Assembly: GCA_012295275.1 (NCBI GenBank)
Contig: CM022673.1
Coordinates: forward strand, 11,346,001-11,410,000
DNA length: 64,000 nucleotides
Source of the DNA: Chrysomallon squamiferum
Taxonomy: Eukaryota > Animalia > Mollusca
Direction: 5' to 3'
The stretch's first letter is position 1; each line of letters starts with the position of its first letter. Made by a program: the position numbers and the translations under genes. Below the pieces are notes generated by a model. The model was not told the DNA's origin and searched no databases. It saw nothing but the letters and a program-made list of their open reading frames with translations. Of this stretch, positions 53,803 to 64,000 are shown piece by piece.

Positions 53803-54790
53803 GTATGTATGTTTCTACGTACGTATGAATTTAGTAAAGGTATGTCTAATCCTTTTCGTGTGTTATAATAATTTATACTGATAAAAAAAAAAATAATAAT
53901 AATAAAATAAAAATAACAATTAATCTTATTTCGTTAACGGTATTGTACAACGAATGATGTTTTTAATTATTTTCATATCTGTCTATCTGTCTGATCTAAT
54001 ACCTATTTTCACAGGTGACTAATAATTCATTGTTACTTTGCACAATTATTAATAATGGTATCATATATAACGAATATAGTATTTAATTATTTCTATGTCA
54101 TCTCTCTGTCTGTCTGTCTGTCTGTCTGTCTGTGTGTGTGAGTCAGTAGTCTTATAGCTATTTAGACAGGTGACTAATAACTCAGTGTTGTTTTATGAAA
54201 ATTGTTAACAACGGCATTACACTGTAGTATTTAATTATTTTCAAATCATTTGGCTGTTTGTCTGCCTGTCCCTCTGTATATATATATATATCAGTCCATT
54301 CTTATTTAGACAGGTGACAAATAACTAACTCATAATTCCTAATAACGGTATTTTAGACAATGAAGATAATATTTAAGCATTTCCATGCCATCTGTCTGTC
54401 TGTCTATATCAATCCAATTTTACAGCCATTTAAACGGGTAACTCAGTTATCAGTGAAGATAATATTTAATTCTGTATATCTGTCTGGATGTATGTTTGTC
54501 TGTCTGTACGTATGTATGTATGTATGTTTGTATGTATGTATGTATGTATGTATGTATGTATGTACATATATAAATATATATATATACACACACATACATA
54601 CATATATATATGTATATATATGTGTGTGTGTGTGTGTAATAACTCAGTAATCAGTGAAGATATATTTAATGTGTGTGTGTGTGTGTATATATATATGCAT
54701 GTATATTTATGTCAGCCTGCCTCTTTGCTATTTAAACAGGTGAATAATAACTCCATATTTTTCTGCATAATTCTTAATAAGCTTGTAAAA
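53500..54790. repeat. Degenerate satellite-like array, unit about 150 bp, interleaved with (TGTC)n and (TGTA)n
   Basis: tattt(a/t)(g/c/a)acaggtga.taataa.tc near 54004, 54159, 54303 and 54729; weaker copies near 53548 and 54428. Confidence 0.75.
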
Positions 54791-57312
54791 CGTTTCTATT
54801 CAGTAAATATATAACACTTCGTTAACGTTAGTTTGATCGTTAGAGCTAAGTTTGGCTGTTTGCACTAGAGGAAAACCAGTTTAACAACATATGTATGTAC
54901 AGGGCTAGTTTGACAGTTCATATCAGTTTCCTCGATATTATTAAATAGAACAATAACGTCTGTGGACAACAAACCTGCTGATGTACGTGCTAAATTAAGT
55001 AATACTGAATGAATAGTGCTTTGTTTGTTTTTTGTTTTAGTTTCCTGCTGTATAGAGTATATTTATTTATTTGTTTATTTCTTTCTTTATCTGTGTGACT
55101 GTTGGTTTATTTATTTATATTTTTGTTTCTGTGTATTTTTCTAATTTAAGTGTGTGTCTGTGTGCATGTGTGTGTGTGTGGTCATTGTCTTTGATTCTGC
55201 ATACATGGTTTATGTACATGTGTTTGTGTACTGAATAAGATGTTGTAACTTTTCATAAGTACATAACGAATAATGTTCTTTTTTACATTTTTTTTTTTGT
55301 TTGTTTGTTTTCGTTGTTGTTGTTTGGTAGGAATGTTGGTGTGTTTTTGAAGTTTCTATCTGACTTAACTAATGTTGTCATAATAATGTAGCAACAGCAA
55401 CAGTAATGTTACAGCAGTTGCAGTGTAACAGTAACAGTAATAGTAGTAATGTAGAAGCAGTAGCAGTAGTAATATTAATAGTTTTAGTAGTAATATAGTA
55501 GTAAATTAGTAGCAGCAGTTGTAGTAGTATTAATAGTAATAACTGCAGATGTTGTGTTTTTTGGTAATAGTTACAGTAGCAGTATTATAACAACACAACA
55601 ATAAATAAACAAATAAATAAATAAAATTAAGTACTCTAGCATTTACTCATGTAAGTCGGTTGACTTGTTAACTCCATTTTCTTGGGTATCAACTGATTGT
55701 ATTTGCTTAAATAGCAAAGTTAATAAGATCAGTGTCCCGCTTATTTCTTTCTCTACTCAGACAGAACCACAATATCGCTCTCCGCAGGGCGGTACCCAAC
55801 GGGAGTCGTATATAGTAAGGGTAGACAAAGAGAGGAGATGTAGAGAAAAACCTTTTAAAAAAAATTTAGACGTAGATATGAAAATATATTTCAGGTTTGA
55901 AAGAACATAAACACAGATCTTCTCCAGAAATCTGGGACCTCTCTAGACTGTATTACAGACACTGACCTTATAAAACGAATAAATAATTTTAATAAATCAC
56001 TTACCTACACGTTTATATCTCGATCTGGCTCTTGGTAGAGCTCTGGTCTGTCAAAGTTTCTGTTCAGTATGCAGTTAATGTGAACTTAATTAGCACACTC
56101 TTGATGTAAATGACGTAAACTATTATAACATCAGCAGTTTAGTCCAACAGTTTGCTATCTTTAATAACGAGTGATGACTGAAAGGATTATCTAAAAACTT
56201 TCACAAGTAGTCGAGGTGTTTACGAAGTTTGGCGAGGACTGGTTGTATTGTATTGCTAGACATGCATCACTTTCATTGTGCTATTCAAAATTTTCCTTAG
56301 GTCCTTTTCTTGACTTAAAGAATAAAGAAGAATTAACGTTGCGCTCGAGGTAGCAGATATGGTTGTATCACCTTCGTAATTGTCAAGGTTCATTGGACAG
56401 GTCATAGGTGAATGCAGATAGCTCTATTTACGTACACTGTACAGTACATTCCTACAGGGACGAGGTTACGGATTAAGTAATAACTGTTTAACAGTACGTA
56501 TATCAGTATGCAATAAACAAGGGCAGCTCTGTAGCATTTAGAATTGTGATATCGTGGGAAGTGTAATCCATCTCTGTCTGAGTGTGTGTATAATGTTTGT
56601 GTGCATAATGTTTGTATGCTTTTGAAAGTGTTGTTAATTCTAGCAAAAAAATATAATTCTATATTCAGATATTGAAATGTTTATGAAACAAATCAAATCC
56701 CTAAACCACCTACAGAGTTTATTTTTATAATTATTATTTTTCGTTCAGGTTGGCTATAATAATAAAAATTATAATAATTATTATTATTATAATAAGAATA
56801 ATAAATAAATAAATAAATAAATATTAGGGGACAGTGAATAAGTTGTCGCCTTCCCGAAACCGCATATAGCATATTTACTTAGTTGTCAGAAGAAAGTGCT
56901 TTTTCATGTCATTCGAGCCTTTCACAGAAAAACGTATTTTTATTAAACAAAATAACAAAATGAGATCGATCAAAATTAAAAAAAAATATATTAATAATAA
57001 TAAAAAAATGTTTATAACCGTAATGTCACAAAACAGATAAACATTAAAGACTGCTGCCATAATTAAAAAATAAAATAATTTATATTCCAGCTGGTTAATA
57101 AAAATATTAAATGAGTACTACACATGCTTTGAGAGAATATATATATATACTTTTTGAAATTATTTTCAAAAATTTATCTGAAGCATACATTAACACACAC
57201 AAATAAACAATATTTTGCTTTAGCCCTACTTCACTGCCACCAGCATCCGTTTCGTTTTAATTGATCAGAGTTATCTTTTCCTTGCAGATGGCATTCTAGA
57301 ATTGTTTTGACG

Positions 57313-57373
57313 ATGGCGAATTTAGAAGCTACCTCACCATCAGAAGAAAAAGCATCTAGTAAACGTCCGAAAG
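57313..57373 (+). CDS. TMEM30A: TMEM30A first coding exon ([20 protein letters not shown])
   Basis: ACGATGG start context; G|gtaacg, phase 1, joins to give KRPKDTKFKQQ. Confidence 0.85.
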
Positions 57374-60300
57374 GTAACGTATTGTTTATGATATGTGATA
57401 GACAAAAAGGTTCATTATCTAAAACTACAACTGAAGTGTTTCAGCGAAATCTGAATAATTATAAAATAGAAGAAATTTTAGGTTGTTTATATTTCCGGAA
57501 GTGATATTTTTTATTTTTTGACTGAAATCTAAACGGTGTATCACAATAAACTAATTATTTATTTGGCTTAAATTTATTCAGACAAGAAAAGAAAAAATCC
57601 GTTATTTGGGACTTATTTAGATATCTCTGAATTTTTATTTGGTAATTTCCTCGGCATATGTTTCCTTTATCCACCAAAAATATTTTTAATAATAAGTTAG
57701 GGCTGGGTAGGGCCCAGGAAACATTTGATTTCCACAGTTCTCATGTTATATTTTATATTTATTTTTATTTTTCACTCGTCAGTTTTACAGAAAAAACTAA
57801 TTTTTTTATTATTTTTTTTATTTTTATTTTTTACAATTTTTGAAATAACATTTTAAAAATGGAAACTGAGAATTATGAATTACATTTCAGTAACAGTGTA
57901 AATAATTAAAATGGAATTATTAATAAAGGGCTTATGGAAATGTTTAAGTGCTATATATTAGCAAAAATCAAATAAATTAAAATTGTTATTTACATGTTAT
58001 ATCAAATATCGTCTTATTGTTGAACTACTGATTATTAATATTATACATAAAGAATTAATATACCTTATTCTAATAAAACTGTTACATAATTTTGATTTCT
58101 TAAAAATATTGGTTTATGAAGTTGTTTTCTTTTTTCAAATTTATTTATTTATTGATTTATTTACTTGCGTACGTTTTATTTGTTTTATTATCTGGTAAGA
58201 GAGTGACATGAAAAAAAAAGTGTGAAGAAAAATGAATATATAATAATAAAACCCATGAAATGAGATTAAATAATTAAAGAACAAAAACAGACACAGGGGA
58301 AGTAAGGTTCATTATATATTCCTCAAACAAATTCATACAATTGTTCTGTGACTTGTATGTGTAATTATTCATATTAAAACTTAATTAAAATGCAGCTCTT
58401 TTATGTATATTTTAATAATAGGTACACTTTTTAGAAAAAGAAAAAACTTAAAATCTTTTGTCTCTCTTTTTATTTATTTTTATTGATATAGACAAATGTT
58501 TTCAAATATTAGCCAAAACATTCTTCAGAAAACATTGAAACAATCATCATAAGCAAAATGTTGCAATTTTTTTGGATGTAATCACAGTAATGTCAGGGTA
58601 AATTTAAAAGATGCCAAAATAAAGTTGCAAACTTTAGTAACTGTTTTATTTTGATGTCAAGTATATTTATATTTTTATATTAATATTTTATTTATTTATT
58701 TATTTATTTATTTATTATATTAGCTGGCATAGCAGTCCCTATTTGTAAAGCTATGTATATGTAATGCTAGCCTAAGTCACAGTAAGTGATAAAAAGAAAC
58801 CTACATACAAAATTAGACCTAGATGCTACCCTAGATGTTAGAACCAATGACTGGGGAATTAGTTTTTGGCTCTCCTCTATTTATTTTGTTAATTTTTTAA
58901 AACATTTAATAACAAAGCCCAAAGAAATGATATTGAATCATGTGATTTGTCTTTATGAAAAATAAAAAATAAAATAGCAACATAGAAGTTAGAAAACACT
59001 ATTTTAATGTAACAACAAATAAAGTCAAAAGCATACTTCACATGTTTGCATATGTATGCACATACACATGCACAAATACATGCTTCACAATGTCATTATG
59101 AAGGGCATTTTGGATTTATTTTTGTCTAATAATTTTTATAAACAATTAAGATTTCACTGAAATAGATGAATTTTATACTTTTAATAATCTGAAGAAAAAC
59201 AATCAGTCTGATAATAGGTATAATCCTTTTTTTTAAAGAGTATTATTAATAAATAATTTTCCTTCAGGGTGCTGTGTGCTCTATTCCGTATTTTCTCTTT
59301 TTTTTTTTCCTTTTTCCTTTTATAATTTTTAAGTATATTTTTATGGAATTTTTAATTGTATTTATTACCATATTTATTTTTGAAATTCTGGTATTTTGTT
59401 TTATTTTTAAATTTAAATTTTATTATTATCTTTTATTATTTGTTTTATTTTTTATTTTTTATTTTTATTTAATTATATTTTGTTATTATTATTTTATTAT
59501 TATTATTTTAAATGTTGATAGCTAACATCCCATTTCATACTCAGTAACTATATTTCCATCTGTTCCAATGAATATTCATCCCCTGTCATGAATGACATTT
59601 GTACATCTACCAGCCAGTATTCATTTTCATTTTGTAAAACATTCTTGTAGAGTTGACCTTTCCTTTTTCAGTTCATTGATAAAACTGCTAGGTGTTGGGA
59701 TAAGTTTTAAAGTACAGAAGGAAAAGTAAAAATGTTTTTTTCTCTAGATACAAAGTTCAAGCAGCAGAAACTTCCTGCATGGCAGCCCATCCTCACTGCC
59801 AACACCGTCCTACCAGCTTTTTTTGCTATAGGTGTCGCTTTTATTCCTCTTGGTATTGCACTGCTGGTTACTTCAAATAATGTAAGTATACAAAATAATT
59901 AATATTCTTGTACTTATTATTAAATATATATATATATATATATACACATATATACATATACATATATATACACATATAGCATGTGTTTGTGTATGGTTTT
60001 GATGACGAAAATATTTCAGACAATAATTTGACTGATATATATTGAATACTAAATTCTTTATATATATCACCAGTCGCCAAATGTAAACTATTTATTCCAC
60101 AATATGGTGTTAAATAGAAATGTATGAGATTAAAATTCTGATTACTGAGATTTATTATTATCATTGTTTTTAGTTCTTTGTTTATATTTCAACACATTAA
60201 TACTTTTTGAAATAAACATAGAACGTTTTCTTTTTTTGTTCTTTGTTTTTTCATTTTGATATTCGAGTGAAATTTCTCTTGAACTGTGTACCTGAATACA

Positions 60301-63300
60301 GGCTGAAGAACCTATATGTTCAGTTTTATCTATCTGTGATTTTAATATATGAATGAAATGATTCTTGGCATTGTATATTAGAGTATATAAAAGTACTAAC
60401 TAATAAATGTTTGTGTATTAATGTTTCAGTGTCCATGGGCAATGTCACAAATACATAATGTTATAATGTAAATTTATATTTGTGTATGTTTGTATGTTTT
60501 TATATATATATATAGATATATATATTTGTATATTAACAGATTAAAGAATTTATTCTGGATTATACAGACTGCAATGACACCAGCCAGCTTGACAGAACTT
60601 GCGCAGATTTCTTTTCAAACGTCACCAATGCCGGGAAGACATGTACATGTTCTATAGATTTTGAACTCGATGATTTTGGCGTATGTCTTTCATTTATCAC
60701 TGATTTATATCAAACTCTGTCTTATATGTTTTTTAAAAATACCTTTATGATACTTCATGATTTGATATAAAATATTTGCACTGTGAAATGCTTTTAGTTA
60801 CATAAGGCAACACAAGAACATTTATTTTTTATCAGTTTTCATAAACTGCCTACTAAGTTGCTTACCGTTATTGTCATTTGGACATTATTGCATCTGATGC
60901 CACTCTTTCTCTCTTCTGCTAGTTTACTGTTCAAGTTGAATTCTGCATGTAATGTTCTAAATATATGATGTCATAATTTTATTTTGTATTAAAATAAACA
61001 ACAAAAAAAAAAAATTAATACTATAAAATTCTAAACTTGTACTTGGTATTTGTTTCTGAATAATCAATAATTTTGAAAAATGATTATTATTTTTAATAAT
61101 TTTAGGTGCAATCTAGTACAAAATTATTTTTTCATTTTTTGTTTTGTTAGTATTCTGATAACTGACATCAGCATTGTAATTGCTGTTAGGATTATTTATA
61201 GTAGTATTCTGATAATTATCATCATTATTTTTATCATTATTGATATTGTTGTTGTTCTTTCCTTGCAGGGCACAGTTTTCATGTACTATGGTTTGACTAA
61301 CTTTTATCAGAACCATCGACGTTATGTCCGATCTCGTGATGACAAACAACTGAATGGTGACGACATTAACCCTACAGATCTCGCTTCAGACTGTGCCCCT
61401 TACAAAACATTCACTGATGTGGCTAATAACAATACAGTCTATGGCTATGCACCTTGTGGTGCCATAGCAAACAGTTTGTTTAATGGTGGGAATATTTCCA
61501 ATTTCAGCCTTATATAATAATTGTTTTATTTAATAATTTCATTTTTTTTTTTTTTTTTTTTTATTTTTGTATTTTTTTTTTTTGACTTTATTTTATTTTA
61601 TTTTTTTTTACTTTTTTGACTTTATTTTATTTTTTTACTTTACTTTACTTTACTTTACTTTACTTTACTTTACTTTACTTTACTTTACTTTATTTTACTT
61701 TATTTTACTTTACTTTACTTTTCTTTACTTATTTTTATTATTATTATTATTTTAATAATTATTATATTTTTTATTATTATTCTATTTTTGTTGTTGTTCT
61801 TGGAAGGTGTACAGTTAAACAAAATCCATCTTATTTAATAATTAATACAAAAAATTTGATAGATGTTTTCTTTTCTGTAAGAAGGTATATGTAAAAGACT
61901 CATTCCTGATAAACAGTAAAGAGCAGTATAGGTTATTCTTTCTTTAAAATGAATCCATATATGAAATTATTGAATTGCATGGCAAAGATTTCTTTTAAGT
62001 TCTTAAATTATATTTGTTGAATTATATTTAACAATAAATAAAAGTAAAATATACTTTATGGAGTTAGCTGTGTAGTTTTTTGTGTTATTAGATGTAGTAA
62101 ATTGTTATATTTAACTCTGAAAAGTAGTTTACATAAGTTCAGACTCCTGTTTTCTGTTAGCTTGGGGGTCTAAATCACCAACAAATATCTGTCTCTTATT
62201 AAATGAAATTATTTTCATTAAAATATATTCATTTTATTTGATGTGAATGTAAAAATTACAGTGGGTGATTAGGCAGTATTTACATTTAAAAAATACAACA
62301 ACACTGAAATGATATGCATCTTTTTTATTATTATTAATAGAATGTTCTATTTTTAATAGTATCTTTTGATATTATGATTTTGTTATCTGCATAATTTGTG
62401 TGTGTGTGTGTGTACACACAACATACATATTTATATAACATTACACACTTATACATATAAAAATTAGTTAATTTCTGTTTTTTCTAAGTAACTAGTAAAT
62501 AATTATTAATAGGTTACGATTGTTTTGGGTGCTTTTGAAATATTAATTGTGTTAAATATATTTTAATTATAATTTTTGTTTCTGTTAATTATTAATATTT
62601 CAGATTCATTTGTATTAAAGTACAAAGGTACTTTATCAGCTCCTGATGACATTGAAGTTAAGTTACTGAAAACTGGAATTGCCTGGGCTTCAGACAAGAA
62701 TGTTAAGTTCAATAATCCACGTAAGTATAGATCAGATAAATATTTAGTATTACAGATAACATAAATTAGTTTTGAGACAGTATTTAAAAAATATTTACTA
62801 TTATAGATAATATGTGCACATAAGAAGCAGTCATGACTTTAATTGTATTTACAATTATGGAGTATGCTGTTCTCATAAGTGTCACATAGATAGATATATA
62901 TATATGATTTAAACCTTGTAATTTACAAAATATTTTAATTTATTATGAGGTAAATTTAAAAACTATTTGCTGTTAATGACTCTGCAGTCTTCATTCAAAC
63001 ATGCATGCACACGCACACACACATAAAATGAAGTTCACTACATATTACACATGCTGTAGTAGATATTTAAAGTATGTGTAGTCACATTCTTTTTTTTTTT
63101 TTTTTTTCTTATTTTAGCGGATCATGTCAAACCCAAGTACATAAAACCACCAAACTGGAAGGTTTCTGTTTGGGATTTGGATCCTGACAACACCACTGAC
63201 AACAACGGCTACAAGAATGAGGACCTTATTGTATGGATGAGAACAGCAGCATTGCCAACGTTTCGTAAACTTCATCGTCGAATTGATCACTCGGAAAACA

Positions 63301-63891
63301 AATTTTCAAAGGGTCTCCCTGCAGGCAACTACACAGTGACAGTAACTTATGGTGAACAAAATTAATATTGTTATTTAAATATAAATGAAATAACAAAGAA
63401 AAAATATTGCAAAAATAGAAATGATGCTTTTATTCATTGGCCAGAATGTACTTTTTTAAAAAGACAAAATACTCCTTTTTTTAATTTATTTTATTATTAT
63501 TATCATCTTTTTTTTTTTTTTTTTTTTTTTAATTTTGGTATGTTTGAAGAAAGAAATTGGTTAACTGGTATGTTCTGACTGTTCAGATCTGAAAAAAACA
63601 ACTCCATTCTGTATTAAATTATATTCTACCACATTATTTTCTGAAAACCACTTAATGTAACAACAAACAATTTTGATAAAATGTAAACTTGATTCACACA
63701 GCTCAAAAACTCTTTTATCTTCCAGCTTATCCAGTGAAAAAGTTTGCAGGCACAAAACGAATCATCTTATCAACAACATCATGGCTTGGTGGGAAAAACC
63801 CATTTCTGGGTATTGCCTACTTGGTGGTGGGCAGTCTTTGTATTGTCTTGGGAATAGTTTTTCTCATTATCCACCTGAAGTGTGGCAAAAA
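57313..63891 (+). CDS. TMEM30A: CDC50A / TMEM30A, P4-ATPase phospholipid flippase beta subunit; a last exon probably lies beyond the window
   Basis: Exons 57313-57373, 59748-59881, 60540-60680, 61269-61485, 62604-62720, 63118-63351, 63726-63891 are phase-consistent GT-AG. Motifs: [89 protein letters not shown]. Confidence 0.96.
57493..57502 (+). promoter_or_regulatory. ETS-type motif TCCGGAAGTG near the TMEM30A first coding exon
   Basis: Exact CCGGAAGTG in an AT-rich intron about 120 bp downstream of exon 1; typical of housekeeping promoters. Confidence 0.35.
59748..59881 (+). CDS. TMEM30A: TMEM30A exon with TM1
   Basis: ctctag|AT ... AAT|gtaagt. Confidence 0.95.
60540..60680 (+). CDS. TMEM30A: TMEM30A exon ([11 protein letters not shown]...FELDDFG)
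   Basis: aacag|ATT ... GGC|gtatgt. Confidence 0.93.
61269..61485 (+). CDS. TMEM30A: TMEM30A exon ([19 protein letters not shown]...ANSLFN)
   Basis: ttgcag|GGC ... G|gtggga. Confidence 0.95.
62604..62720 (+). CDS. TMEM30A: TMEM30A exon (DSFVLKY...[15 protein letters not shown])
   Basis: tttcag|AT ... C|gtaagt. Confidence 0.95.
63118..63351 (+). CDS. TMEM30A: TMEM30A exon (KPPNW...[13 protein letters not shown]...)
   Basis: ttttag|CG ... G|gtgaac. Confidence 0.95.
63726..63891 (+). CDS. TMEM30A: TMEM30A exon with TM2
   Basis: ttccag|CT ... AA|gtaagt, or read-through to TAA at 63893-63895. Confidence 0.93.
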
Positions 63892-64000
63892 GTAAGTTCA
63901 TTAACAGTTACTAAAATTATAGCTTTGGTGGAGGTTGTGGTTTTATTTTTATTTATTTTGTTTGGGAAGAGGGATGTATCTTTATTTGATATAAAAAAAG

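Overview
Eukaryotic (animal) genomic DNA that is very AT-rich and dense in microsatellites. The tRNA-derived SINEs and overall composition suggest a mollusc or other lophotrochozoan (inference). Most ORFs in the supplied track are microsatellite artefacts. Three intron-containing genes were rebuilt by hand from splice sites and intron phase. (1) The 3' part of an RFX6 transcription factor gene (+, 463-7266; start is outside the window). (2) A RASEF/Rab45-type large Rab GTPase gene (-, 42066-16172; EF-hands, coiled coil, Rab domain, CCSR prenylation end). (3) CDC50A/TMEM30A, the flippase beta subunit (+, 57313 to at least 63891). The most interesting signal is in RASEF. It has two interchangeable, phase-matched EF-hand exons, one canonical and one degenerate, which may switch or stack the calcium sensor. 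It also has a duplicated 35-nt micro-exon paired with a GC-donor exon, an apparent 1-nt frameshift, and a scrambled G4 (NKxD) exon. The last two may be assembly errors. Homology calls rely on recalled family motifs; no database search was run.
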